DNA of 64,000 nt from a virus: the UHGV virus genome UHGV-0225074. One strand, 5' to 3'. Numbering within the stretch: position 1 is the first letter of the stretch; every line of letters begins with the position of its first letter. Position numbers and translations under genes: made by a program. Below, one piece after another: positions 37,271-46,245 of this stretch. The notes under the pieces were generated by a model that did not search any database, was not told where the DNA came from, and saw only the letters and a list, made by a program, of their open reading frames with translations.

Positions 37271-37840
37271 CTACCCCCCAAAAGATGAGCGACTGCTAAC
37301 AGAGCTACCAAAACCACCACGAGAAGATGTGGTGCTACGAGAAACCGTTGTACGAGGAGACTGTACTGTTGGCTTTGCCGCAGAGCTTGTCACCTTGAAC
37401 GTTTGACCAGGTCGTGCATTGTAGCTACGGAACTTGTTGTCCATATACTGACCTGAACGATCCTGATACAGCGGTGCTGAATGATAACCGGAATTCATGC
37501 TATTACCCATCATGTACCCCATCATCAACGGCATCCACGAAGAACCACCATCTGAGCTGCTTGGGTTGTGTCTGCACTGGTCACCGAACTCCGCGTAGCA
37601 GTCAGAATAAGTCGCATAGCGTGGTGCAGTTTCATTTGCAACCTTTTCTGCTTCTTGTCTTGCTGCCCGACAATGATCCGGTTTGTGAGTATCTGCAATA
37701 CACTCATCAACATTTTTGTACATCTTCATGTCAATGTCTGCTTGCTCACAACCTGCAACTGTGATTGCCACCGCGAATGGCAGGGCATAACGCCCCACCT
37801 TGCGAAAAGCATTCTTATTGATATGCTTTGTTCTCTTCAC
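37271..37840 (-). CDS. lipoprotein, DUF1190 family (YgiB/YjfM-like)
   Basis: MKRTKHINKNAFRK...AGCEQ lipobox, APRYATYSDCYAEFG, SSWMPLMMGYMMG, RGGFGSSVS closely parallel my recollection of E. coli YgiB. Confidence 0.55.
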   Translation of the reverse strand: MKRTKHINKNAFRKVGRYALPFAVAITVAGCEQADIDMKMYKNVDECIADTHKPDHCRAARQEAEKVANETAPRYATYSDCYAEFGDQCRHNPSSSDGGSSWMPLMMGYMMGNSMNSGYHSAPLYQDRSGQYMDNKFRSYNARPGQTFKVTSSAAKPTVQSPRTTVSRSTTSSRGGFGSSVSSRSSFGG

Positions 37841-37848
37841 TTTTCACC

Positions 37849-38031
37849 TTACTTATAGTCTGGTAACCCTGCTGCCAATAATCCACCAACTGCCCCGACC
37901 GTCATCCCTGTACCTAAGACCCACCCAAATTCCATAGTTCCGAATTTAGCTCCGCCGCACAGAGCTACTGTTATGGAGCACATAATGACTCCAAAAAATA
38001 CTGCCAAGAACATAATTACCCGAGTTTTCAT
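37849..38031 (-). CDS. small membrane protein
   Basis: 60 aa, mostly hydrophobic. Confidence 0.3.
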   Translation of the reverse strand: MKTRVIMFLAVFFGVIMCSITVALCGGAKFGTMEFGWVLGTGMTVGAVGGLLAAGLPDYK

Positions 38032-38246
38032 ACTGCACCTGAACTTATGCCAAAAGAGGCCATACCAAGAAGTAATCCAGAAGCACTACCGACTGCAACA
38101 GATGTTTCAGTGTACTCACCGAAACCCAGCGTTCCGAACACCTGACCAGCACTGATAGCCAGATAATACCCAAGTGCGATAGAAATTCCAAGTACAATAA
38201 AGAACACTGAGACACTGATGGCTGCGGGGATGATTAAATCACGCAT
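38028..38246 (-). CDS. small membrane protein
   Basis: hydrophobic ~72 aa; internal start chosen to limit overlap with pnuC. Confidence 0.3.
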   Translation of the reverse strand: MRDLIIPAAISVSVFFIVLGISIALGYYLAISAGQVFGTLGFGEYTETSVAVGSASGLLLGMASFGISSGAV

Positions 38247-38961
38247 GTGTGGTTTCCTTTTCTGTTTTACGCCATTTGTAAGCACCGTACACAGAGTTTA
38301 ACAGGAAAGTTACCCACATTGCAAGGACTGCCCACCCTTGTGTTTCATGATGCATTGCTGTCTGAATCCACAGAGCCACAGCAACCACGTTAACAATAAT
38401 CCACACATACCATTGTTCTGCATAACGAACCATCATCAGGTAGGTTGCCAGAACCGACAGGATTGCTGTAGCAGAATCGAGACCCGGCATACTCCCTTTC
38501 AGCAGGCTAACGAACTCGGCGTATAATCCGATCGTCACCAATGTCCCGATACCAACAATCCAGCGCTGTTTTGTGGTCAGATACTTCTTGATGACATCCG
38601 CACGTTCACCATCCGCAGAGACGGTTAACTTACGCGCCCAGATTACCCCTCCAATGACCTGCATGGGGGTGAACAACAGGGTGTACATAATCGTCTCACC
38701 GTACAACTTGTACGTGAAGGAGATATATGCATACAGCACCGTTGCCACAAAGCCCCAGTAATAACTGGAGAGCTTACCTTTTGCCACCAGGATAGCCCCG
38801 ATGATCCCGGTGACAGAAGAGATGAACTCTACTAACCCACCGCCCATAGTCAAGGAGACAATGGCGATCGATGCCGAGCAGATGAGGAGCCAAAGGTATT
38901 CAAGTTTTGACCAGCCATAAAAGTCGGTCCATGCTGTCTTAATGTACAGATTTGTATTCAT
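38239..38961 (-). CDS. pnuC: nicotinamide riboside transporter PnuC
   Basis: 240 aa, ~7 TM helices, signature EQWYVWIIVNVVAVALW (cf. E. coli PnuC ENWLLWVIINVISV); co-located with NadR. Confidence 0.6.
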   Translation of the reverse strand: MNTNLYIKTAWTDFYGWSKLEYLWLLICSASIAIVSLTMGGGLVEFISSVTGIIGAILVAKGKLSSYYWGFVATVLYAYISFTYKLYGETIMYTLLFTPMQVIGGVIWARKLTVSADGERADVIKKYLTTKQRWIVGIGTLVTIGLYAEFVSLLKGSMPGLDSATAILSVLATYLMMVRYAEQWYVWIIVNVVAVALWIQTAMHHETQGWAVLAMWVTFLLNSVYGAYKWRKTEKETTHA

Positions 38962-38963
38962 GG

Positions 38964-39221
38964 TTATTCTCCTGTTAATCGTTTAAGAAGCGCTTCGATT
39001 TTAGGATTCGCCGCGCCGTTACCGTATAACTTATACTTCAGATCCAACACTGCGTCAAGCAGTTCTGGTGCTGCTGCGATAAGATTTGCATCTTCAATAC
39101 TATTAATCTCTGAACACACGTCGCTGTAAGATCGCCACCCGGAACCTACCTCAAGAGAGCCTGAGACAATGACCTTTATTTCATCGTCATCATGAAATAC
39201 TTCCCATGTATCTTTAGCCAT
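38964..39221 (-). CDS. hypothetical protein with LIAAAPELL motif (Ead/Ea22-like C-terminus)
   Basis: 85 aa; ANLIAAAPELLDAVLDL motif common in lambdoid early proteins. Confidence 0.35.
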   Translation of the reverse strand: MAKDTWEVFHDDDEIKVIVSGSLEVGSGWRSYSDVCSEINSIEDANLIAAAPELLDAVLDLKYKLYGNGAANPKIEALLKRLTGE

Positions 39222-39450
39222 TTTTGCGCCCCTTTTTCTTTTTATTTTTCATTTCTGACCGAACTTTAGTTTGCCAAGCCATTGCTTCGTCAACAGCATT
39301 CGGTCCGTCAAAAACTTGGTTCTTCTCATCTGACTTGAACACAAAATTAGTACCTTTGTTATCCATTGCCTGGAAAACCCAGCCTGTCAGTGTCTCCTCG
39401 ATGATCTTACCTCCGATCAGTAGACCATTACTTTTTGCATGAATAGCCAT
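39214..39450 (-). CDS. hypothetical protein, Lys-rich C-terminus
   Basis: internal ATG (MAIHAK) chosen so that it abuts the upstream gene. Confidence 0.3.
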   Translation of the reverse strand: MAIHAKSNGLLIGGKIIEETLTGWVFQAMDNKGTNFVFKSDEKNQVFDGPNAVDEAMAWQTKVRSEMKNKKKKGRKNG

Positions 39451-39452
39451 TT

Positions 39453-39602
39453 TTAACCCTCCATTACAACTGGTAAGACAGACCTGATCCCATCTCTCCA
39501 TGCCAACCAACACATTAACTGGAGGATTTCACGCTCCTCTGCATCTGGATAAAGATGTACTGGTGCGTTTTTATCAAACCAGTCCATAAATTCTTTAGAC
39601 AT
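39453..39602 (-). CDS. small hypothetical protein
   Basis: 49 aa from MSKEFMDWFDK. Confidence 0.25.
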   Translation of the reverse strand: MSKEFMDWFDKNAPVHLYPDAEEREILQLMCWLAWRDGIRSVLPVVMEG

Positions 39603-39933
39603 TTTGACTCCTCTGTTTTGCCCATTCGATTGCCGCAAGTATCACATCACAGTGACATGCTACCTCTTTGTTCGGCTGTTTACAGAAGCATACAAGGTCT
39701 TTACCATCCAAGTCAAGCAAATCTTGAATAGTAATTTTCCCCGAACGTATCTGTTGCCATAACCATACACGGTATCGTTCAATGGTTGCTCCACGGGGTT
39801 CATCTTTCGACAACTTATATGGATTGGCAAATTTAGATTGCTTCAAGCCTAGATGGGGCATTGCTCGCCCCATGTATTCAGCATTCTCAGGTATCACTTT
39901 ACCAATGTGGTAGAAGTTGAGTACCTTAGCCAT
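39595..39933 (-). CDS. DUF4326-like protein
   Basis: FANPYKL...YRVWLWQQI...LDGKDLVCFCKQPNKEVACHCDVIL matches the conserved Cys/His pattern of the DUF4326 family as recalled. Confidence 0.45.
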   Translation of the reverse strand: MAKVLNFYHIGKVIPENAEYMGRAMPHLGLKQSKFANPYKLSKDEPRGATIERYRVWLWQQIRSGKITIQDLLDLDGKDLVCFCKQPNKEVACHCDVILAAIEWAKQRSQNV

Positions 39934-40171
39934 TGACCAGTTCCGGATGTAGGCGACGGTACAACTCCTGAGTCAACTCGCGAATCCAGATAACGATAGG
40001 GACTTGCAGATAAGTATCCAGCAGGTCAGAAGGGTCATCTGTCCCAGGTTCTACCAGCAACCAGTTTATAGCGTTAACAATATGCTCATCAGACATGTGG
40101 CTAATTCGCATATCAAAACCCTCCTGGGTTTTCCAGACCAGGGTCGGCTTAGTTTGCTCCATCTTTATCAC
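39926..40171 (-). CDS. hypothetical protein
   Basis: 81 aa ORF. Confidence 0.3.
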   Translation of the reverse strand: MIKMEQTKPTLVWKTQEGFDMRISHMSDEHIVNAINWLLVEPGTDDPSDLLDTYLQVPIVIWIRELTQELYRRLHPELVNG

Positions 40172-40514
40172 CTTTCAGATATGCGATGATCCAGTCTGCC
40201 GCTTCTTCGAACCCCTCATAACCAAAGAATTTCCGGCGATTGAAATAGGTATCGTCCGTAGGGATGTTGGTTTGGAAATTGAAGTCCCGTGTTGACCCAT
40301 AGTACACAGTGATCTGGTCACTGTTACGGCATTCAGAGAATGACACTTGACGACAATTATCTTGCCCACCTGAGTAGTCCAACTTCATGATGGAGAAGCC
40401 CTGCTCACGGCAGTTCGCATAGGCCTGGAGGCCCTGGCCTAACTCTGGATCTTTTTCAAGGACGAGCTTTAATACACCAAACGCTTGGTACATACTTGAG
40501 TTTGTAACATCCAT
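40149..40514 (-). CDS. hypothetical protein co-transcribed downstream of nadR
   Basis: 121 aa, stop/start 2 nt from nadR. Confidence 0.35.
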   Translation of the reverse strand: MDVTNSSMYQAFGVLKLVLEKDPELGQGLQAYANCREQGFSIMKLDYSGGQDNCRQVSFSECRNSDQITVYYGSTRDFNFQTNIPTDDTYFNRRKFFGYEGFEEAADWIIAYLKGDKDGAN

Positions 40515-40515
40515 C

Positions 40516-41589
40516 TTATTCTCCTTTTATATTCAGCAATTTACGGACAGCTTCTTCGGCTTTCTGAGTACGTTCTTTGTAATCACTGCCGGAGATAACC
40601 ACCACCTTGCTTGTATCGTAAGATGCTCTGATCATTGTGTCAAGCAAAGAATGTGTTTCTTTACGTTTTTCTGGTGTATCCTGCAAGCGAAGAGGATCAG
40701 CAACCCACGGGACCTCTGGTGTGAGGAACAGGAATAGGTCGTAGAAGTTGTAGCTCTCTTCACGGCTCAGTGTGCGGAACAGAAGATCGGAGTAGTCGAT
40801 CTTGTCTGCACAAATACCAGAGAAGTGGGTGATCAGGTTTGTGGTGTCAGAGAACATAACCCCACAACCACCACAGCCAGCCAATTCCATCTCCTTCAGG
40901 CGATGCTCCATTGCGATACGCAGGTAGTCTCCACGAGACATTGCTAACTCACTGGAATGGTATTCACGCTCACAGATAAGCCGTCCGACCTCAGGAATCC
41001 AACCAGCACCGAAGGTATGCGCCAGATGCCGTGTCAGTGTGGTCTTGCCCGTACTCTCAACCCCAATGATGGCAACCTTCTTCATGAAGCGCTTACGTGC
41101 AGGCCACGCTAGGTTGTAGAAGTTGTTGTACGGATCATTACGGATCATCGTGGCTGAGATAGGAACAGCTTTACGTTCTGCGTCGATAACTACATGCTTC
41201 GCTTCAGGGAAGAACTCACTGAAGTAAGACTCATACTCCGGCTCAGAAGAGAAAGCAAAATCGTACTTAACGAACGGTTGCTTTTCACGGATCAGTTTTG
41301 CATAGGCAGCACTGCCTTCAGGGTATCCTGGGATATTCGACTCATCAACGTAGTCAACCTTCACGTTGTCCAAGCCCTCATCGGCAATAACATCCAGCAG
41401 GTCACGATAGCGATCAGCAAGACCCAACTTTGGACGAATCCATTCTGGTTGTGCGTCAACGAATTTCTGGTCATAGGACAGGAACAGATACAGAGCACTA
41501 ACCTGTTGCGCCGCCTGACGAATAAAGGCAATATGCCCGTTGGTCAGGGGTGCAAACTTACCGAAGATAAGGCCGCGAGTCATTGTCAT
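40516..41589 (-). CDS. nadR: bifunctional NMN adenylyltransferase / ribosylnicotinamide kinase (NadR-like, no HTH domain)
   Basis: GLIFGKFAPLTNGHIAFIRQA (HxGH nucleotidyltransferase motif) and VAIIGVESTGKTTL P-loop align with the E. coli NadR NMNAT and RNK domains. Confidence 0.75.
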   Translation of the reverse strand: MTMTRGLIFGKFAPLTNGHIAFIRQAAQQVSALYLFLSYDQKFVDAQPEWIRPKLGLADRYRDLLDVIADEGLDNVKVDYVDESNIPGYPEGSAAYAKLIREKQPFVKYDFAFSSEPEYESYFSEFFPEAKHVVIDAERKAVPISATMIRNDPYNNFYNLAWPARKRFMKKVAIIGVESTGKTTLTRHLAHTFGAGWIPEVGRLICEREYHSSELAMSRGDYLRIAMEHRLKEMELAGCGGCGVMFSDTTNLITHFSGICADKIDYSDLLFRTLSREESYNFYDLFLFLTPEVPWVADPLRLQDTPEKRKETHSLLDTMIRASYDTSKVVVISGSDYKERTQKAEEAVRKLLNIKGE

Positions 41590-41873
41590 TTGTTTTTCTC
41601 CATTGAATCTATTGATGATTCGGCAACTGCCTTGTCAAACTTTGCTTTTGCAATTTCCAGCTCAAAGGCCGCGATTTTCAAATTGGCAAGTGTGATTTTG
41701 CTTTGAAGTTCCATCCTACGAGCGGACTGCTCCTCGACCGATTTCAATCCTTTACCATAGGACCGCAGCATGTCTGGAGTCTCCTCCTTGATAGGAGTAG
41801 TAGCTTGTGCAACAAAAGATAACGCAAACAACGTAACGAAGATAATCTTTTTCATGATTAATCCTTTTGGCAT
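41586..41873 (-). CDS. secreted coiled-coil protein
   Basis: signal peptide MKKIIFVTLFALSFVAQA, Ala/Lys/Glu-rich helix. Confidence 0.35.
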   Translation of the reverse strand: MPKGLIMKKIIFVTLFALSFVAQATTPIKEETPDMLRSYGKGLKSVEEQSARRMELQSKITLANLKIAAFELEIAKAKFDKAVAESSIDSMEKNK

Positions 41874-42172
41874 TTGTAAACTTGTGCCACACGAGTTACT
41901 GATTTTTTGGTCGGATTGATAGAAGAACCCTGATACCAGCGAGACTCCTCGCTCAGGATGTTCCCTACCTGTGCGTCCTTTTTTGGGATCACGGTGTCGA
42001 TGCAGGTCTCACCCATGCTATCCTTCATATGGGACCAGATGCTCAGGGAGAAGCGCTCAATTTTATTGCACACCTCAACCTTGCACATCGGTTCGGTTTG
42101 GAAATCATCATCTTCTGCATGGGATGCCGCAACAAAGGCCATAGCCAGCAGAGCAATCGTTAATTTTTTCAT
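41858..42172 (-). CDS. secreted Cys-containing protein
   Basis: signal peptide MKKLTIALLAMAFVAASHA; 5 Cys in the mature region. Confidence 0.35.
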   Translation of the reverse strand: MKKLTIALLAMAFVAASHAEDDDFQTEPMCKVEVCNKIERFSLSIWSHMKDSMGETCIDTVIPKKDAQVGNILSEESRWYQGSSINPTKKSVTRVAQVYKCQKD

Positions 42173-42205
42173 TTGAATCTCCTCTTGAGATTATTTATTC
42201 AGCGC

Positions 42206-42412
42206 TTAGTAGCGAGACCACTTCACGCGACCACCGTCGCAGACCAGTTTATTCTCAACGACAATGCCATCCGCACTGTTTGCCAAGCGTTGTTCACCGT
42301 TAGGCTTACAATTATGAGTGACGGTATCTGCTGTGTCAACAACAAAAAGCGCCACTACCACAATTATTCCAACGATCACTAAAGGTTTCACCCAAGGCAT
42401 AAATCCACGCAT
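42206..42412 (-). CDS. small membrane protein
   Basis: 68 aa, single TM. Confidence 0.3.
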   Translation of the reverse strand: MRGFMPWVKPLVIVGIIVVVALFVVDTADTVTHNCKPNGEQRLANSADGIVVENKLVCDGGRVKWSRY

Positions 42413-42422
42413 TTATTTCCCC

Positions 42423-42617
42423 TTACCAGCCAGAAGTATCGACAATCACGCCGCCCAAAAGAAGCAGGAAGAATTCAAGCATAAACATACCGAAACCTGC
42501 TCCCAAAATTTCTTTTGTTTGTTGCTCATGGTCTGCTGTAAATGAAAGCCCCAACGTTGTCAGCATGGTCAGGGCCATAAGGCCTAACACTGCATAAATA
42601 AAATGTGAAAGCTTCAT
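42423..42617 (-). CDS. small membrane protein
   Basis: start MKLSHF; two TM helices. Confidence 0.3.
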   Translation of the reverse strand: MKLSHFIYAVLGLMALTMLTTLGLSFTADHEQQTKEILGAGFGMFMLEFFLLLLGGVIVDTSGW

Positions 42618-42781
42618 AGGGCGATACTCCAGAGATGCACCGTAAAAGCAGCGTTGATGACTGCACAACCTACGTACACCGTGCGGTGTGTTTCATCTTT
42701 TGAAAAGACAGCGCCGAAGGCACAAGAAACACAGGCCACTGCTGCCAGAACTAAAAAGAAATAATTGATTGCCTCTAACAT
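42614..42781 (-). CDS. small membrane protein (not in ORF track)
   Basis: 55 aa, GGAGGG SD 4 nt upstream, ATGA overlap with the next gene. Confidence 0.3.
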   Translation of the reverse strand: MLEAINYFFLVLAAVACVSCAFGAVFSKDETHRTVYVGCAVINAAFTVHLWSIAL

Positions 42782-42815
42782 ACACCCTCCAGGTTATTTA
42801 GCTTCCATAACAATA

Positions 42816-42847
42816 AAGCCCCTCAACCATGAAGTCAAGAGGCTTTT
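42816..42847 (-). terminator. possible weak terminator hairpin
   Basis: AAGCCTC ... GAGG(GG)CTT imperfect stem on the - strand, moderately U-rich tail. Confidence 0.25.
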
Positions 42848-42850
42848 GAA

Positions 42851-43210
42851 TTATTTTTGCAGCTCCTTAATGTAGTCCCGCAAACCGCAAATCATATTAT
42901 ATTTTGCCGTTTCTTCTTCGGTGAGCGGTCTGACTTCTTCATCCACACCAACATTGTTGTGGTAGTCCCACCAAGCGTCTACATGGACAAGTACAAGAAA
43001 CTGTTCATATCCTCTTTTACGTGTTTCCCACACGGCCCGCTCACCAGTAAAATCTGCTGGCAAGCTATAGATGAAGTTCCTCAGCAGTTCTTTGGTGAGG
43101 ACATCTGCGAGGTAGTCTGGTGTTTGTGCCTTGACAATATTCATGATCTCTTCATCAGAGATATCTACTTCCACGTTCTGTACAACAGTTTGTTTGCCAG
43201 TTACTTTCAT
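42851..43210 (-). CDS. hypothetical protein
   Basis: 119 aa ORF. Confidence 0.35.
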   Translation of the reverse strand: MKVTGKQTVVQNVEVDISDEEIMNIVKAQTPDYLADVLTKELLRNFIYSLPADFTGERAVWETRKRGYEQFLVLVHVDAWWDYHNNVGVDEEVRPLTEEETAKYNMICGLRDYIKELQK

Positions 43211-43255
43211 TTATCCTCCAATGCAAAAAGGCCCCGAAGGGCCTTGGCGGGTAGA

Positions 43256-43660
43256 TTACAGAGACTCCAGCTCTTTCAGGATCTCTTCACGAGACATCGC
43301 TGCATCTTTCTCGTTATCCTTCTCTGCCAGCAGATCCAGCAGTTTGCGGCGGCGATCCGCTTTCTCCTGAGCCGCCATGCGGGCAGCTTGTTCAGCCTTA
43401 CGCACTGCGATGATGTGCTTCAGCACATCCAGTTTCAGGACGGCGATATCGTTGACAGGGGTCGCATCAACTACAAAGCTCTCTTCCGCAGAAACCTTCA
43501 CATCGCGGTTTGCCAGTTTGGAAACCGTATCCAGGCTGGTATTACCAGTCATCGGTAGGTCCCACAGGTCTTCTGTGGTCAGCAGACCTTTCGGGCTTGC
43601 GAAACGCAGTTTTTGACGGGTAGCCAGTTCGAACAGGGTCGGTGCGTTGATGATAGCCAT
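43256..43660 (-). CDS. hypothetical coiled-coil protein
   Basis: 134 aa, C-terminal Ala/Lys/Glu-rich helix. Confidence 0.35.
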   Translation of the reverse strand: MAIINAPTLFELATRQKLRFASPKGLLTTEDLWDLPMTGNTSLDTVSKLANRDVKVSAEESFVVDATPVNDIAVLKLDVLKHIIAVRKAEQAARMAAQEKADRRRKLLDLLAEKDNEKDAAMSREEILKELESL

Positions 43661-43677
43661 TGTTTTGTTTCTCCTCT

Positions 43678-43890
43678 TTAGTTTTTTAAGATGCCGCGTT
43701 CTTCAAGAATCGCGACTAATTGTGCTTCTGTTGCCCGGTACGTAAAGGAGTGCAACATTTTCTTTGCAGTTATGTACGCACACCCGAACTCATTGCATAT
43801 CCTTTGGTAAGGATTTTCTGGAGGAGCGAACCCCTCCAGACATGCAATGAGTCTATCAGTTACCGGGGTTGGTTGCAACCCCGTTTTCAT
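43678..43890 (-). CDS. small hypothetical protein
   Basis: 70 aa, ATGA-coupled to the upstream large gene. Confidence 0.3.
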   Translation of the reverse strand: MKTGLQPTPVTDRLIACLEGFAPPENPYQRICNEFGCAYITAKKMLHSFTYRATEAQLVAILEERGILKN

Positions 43891-45920
43891 CAGAATTTAA
43901 TCTTCAGGGTGCGGTTGAAAGAACCAGTAACCTTCACAACCAACTCATTACGCTGGGTAGACGAGAAGCCCAGGCCGCTCAGTTGATCAGCGGAGTGTTC
44001 AGCTTTGAGCTTGGAACCCAACACTTCGAACACTTTACGATGCTCATGCAGCTCGTCACGCAGATATTCATTGTAGAAGCCACGAGTATCGTCAGGGTTA
44101 ATGCAACCTTCCAGCATAAAGAAGTAATGTTTGTTACCTTTGGTCTGACCATCCCAGAAGTTAGGAGAATTCAGCACCAGAGAAACTTTCTGGAAGGTCT
44201 CGGTAGAGACGCCCCATACTTCTTTAGATTGCTTAGTATGCCCGATGCTGTCTACAATTTCAACACCTTTCGCACGAGAATACTTAAAGGTTACAACGGT
44301 CTGGCTCTTGCTATTACCCAAAGCTTGCGGGTATGCGAAGTTGAACACTTGGCCTTTGTATTCCATCTGGACTTCAAAGCCAACGCGATCAGTCATGCGC
44401 TTATTATAGTTGTTAACAACAACCTTGTAAACACCTTCCGTGATATTACGCTCATTTTCCCACGTAACGTTCTCAACCGGATGGTGTGCGTCTGACTTGC
44501 CATAGGCATTCATATCCACATCCAGCGTACCCGTTGAGCGACCACGTTTGTGACCGAAGTAAATTTGACCACCACCCGGCTCGAATACGTGCAGGTCGAG
44601 GTCATCACTGTTGTACCAAGACAACGAAACACGCAGGTCACCAGTAACGCTACCGCCAGCGGCTTTCACACGCTCCTTGATGGAGTCAGCTACTTCGCCA
44701 TTATACGACCAAGAGAAGCCGTTATCCCATTTGAATAGGTTAGGAGCACCTGCGTTTGCCGGGGCAACCAAGCTCATCAGGTTCGGTGTCAGACGACCTT
44801 CAACCAGCGCCTCGATAGTGTCCGCTTTCGGTAGAACGTTGTTGATGAAATCCTCAATGCTGATCTCTTCTACTTTCGACAGTGACTTCGGCGCGTTTTT
44901 GGTTGACGCTGCCAGTTGCTCGAATACGTTCATCTGGGCCTTTGCAGAACGGTCAGCAAACAACACGTTGTTGATCGTCAGGTCAGAGGTCACCGCAAAG
45001 CGACGTGCCAGAGATTCAGTCAAGCCGAGGGCTTCAACCTTCTCTTGTGCTGCCTTGATCATGCCCGGAGTTACCAGAGCTGTAGTACGCTTGTAGTTGG
45101 TCCCTGAGACTTTGTCTTCAAAGGACTTCACTGCGGATTCAAGATCAATACCTTCTGCCAGATCGCTCATCAGTGTACCGATGACATCATTACGGAAGCG
45201 GCCCAGTTTACCCAGCGTTTCACTTTGTTTCCAGCAGAAGTTCATTCGCTGATCTTCCGGCGTTTTGTCGTATGCACGTTTCGCCTTAATAAAGGCAGCA
45301 ACAATGTGCTTTTTCTCATCACCACGATACAGAGAGCCTTGGTTGATCAGGTCCATTACCGTTTCGGCAGAGTCCATATCGATATCTTTCAGAGAACGTG
45401 CCAGCACAGTTGCGTTGTCACGGTACTCACCTAGGGCCGAAGGGATATCTTCACCACGTTTAACCAGCTCGCGAGGCAGGGCCTGATGGAAGTGGGTCCA
45501 GGTTTTGGTTTTCCCATTTTCCAGCAGAGCTACGTTGCTCTCAGTACCAACGCGGCCTTCAAAGTGGAAGAAGCGATCGCGGATCTCGGAGCTTTCAACA
45601 CGCGCTTTCATCGCATCGGCAACAACTTGGTAGTAACCACCAACTTTAACGTCCCAAATAGAGACCAGCTTGCCGTTGTGAATCGCGACTACTCGGCCCA
45701 GAGTACGGATGTAGCTCTTGCAGCAGTTACAGTCATATTCACGGCGCTCTTTATACATCAGGTTGGTGCCTTCCGGGAAAGAATCGAGATACAGGTCGTA
45801 CAGTTCATCTTTCGGTACATCGACCGTGTAAAGCGCACCCAGCGCTTGCATGACAGCGAACTGAGCTTTCAGAGCTTTTACGAAGTCAGCGTAAGGTACG
45901 GTTTCATATTTTGCGGTCAT
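43890..45920 (-). CDS. large hypothetical early protein (676 aa) with N-terminal CNCC cysteine cluster
   Basis: long ORF with a good sigma70 promoter and SD (ACAGGAGAACGA); no family recognised by eye. Confidence 0.5.
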   Translation of the reverse strand: MTAKYETVPYADFVKALKAQFAVMQALGALYTVDVPKDELYDLYLDSFPEGTNLMYKERREYDCNCCKSYIRTLGRVVAIHNGKLVSIWDVKVGGYYQVVADAMKARVESSEIRDRFFHFEGRVGTESNVALLENGKTKTWTHFHQALPRELVKRGEDIPSALGEYRDNATVLARSLKDIDMDSAETVMDLINQGSLYRGDEKKHIVAAFIKAKRAYDKTPEDQRMNFCWKQSETLGKLGRFRNDVIGTLMSDLAEGIDLESAVKSFEDKVSGTNYKRTTALVTPGMIKAAQEKVEALGLTESLARRFAVTSDLTINNVLFADRSAKAQMNVFEQLAASTKNAPKSLSKVEEISIEDFINNVLPKADTIEALVEGRLTPNLMSLVAPANAGAPNLFKWDNGFSWSYNGEVADSIKERVKAAGGSVTGDLRVSLSWYNSDDLDLHVFEPGGGQIYFGHKRGRSTGTLDVDMNAYGKSDAHHPVENVTWENERNITEGVYKVVVNNYNKRMTDRVGFEVQMEYKGQVFNFAYPQALGNSKSQTVVTFKYSRAKGVEIVDSIGHTKQSKEVWGVSTETFQKVSLVLNSPNFWDGQTKGNKHYFFMLEGCINPDDTRGFYNEYLRDELHEHRKVFEVLGSKLKAEHSADQLSGLGFSSTQRNELVVKVTGSFNRTLKIKF

Positions 45921-45978
45921 TTCGTTCTCCTGTTTGTGAAGTTATTTTGAAGCGAGGTCTCTCGTCTTCATGTGATAC

Positions 45979-46008
45979 ACTTTAATGCTATTAGAAACGG
46001 GTGTCAAC
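45979..46008 (-). promoter_or_regulatory. sigma70 promoter TTGACA-18-TAAAGT with A/T-rich UP region
   Basis: reverse complement reads TGTTGACACCCGTTTCTAATAGCATTAAAGT about 50 nt upstream of the 676-aa gene. Confidence 0.5.
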
Positions 46009-46041
46009 ACTATTTTTCAAATATTTTCTCATGTATGCCAT

Positions 46042-46245
46042 TCATTCCTTATCTCCAAGCAGGCATGGAGGGACAGGAAGCTCCTGCCAGTGCGTCACAC
46101 CGTCGATGTTATCTAGATAATCTCCATCATCCCAGCGCCCATCTTCTGAGAGGAAGGCAATCCACATACCCTCACCCCTCACAACTAAAACCCATTTACC
46201 TACCTGCGGCAGGGCATCTTTGCATGAAATCCAGTCAGTCAACAT
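46042..46245 (-). CDS. DUF551-like protein
   Basis: 67 aa; pattern W...D.LP...VLV......W.......VTHWQELPVPP matches the DUF551 family. Confidence 0.45.
   Translation of the reverse strand: MLTDWISCKDALPQVGKWVLVVRGEGMWIAFLSEDGRWDDGDYLDNIDGVTHWQELPVPPCLLGDKE

Noticed and set aside
43890-45920. Possibility that the 676-aa protein is a nicotinamide phosphoribosyltransferase (NadV/NAMPT) completing Nam-to-NAD salvage
   Set aside because: The size and N-terminal sequence do not resemble NAMPT as far as I can recall; I see no PRTase signature, so I left it as unknown.
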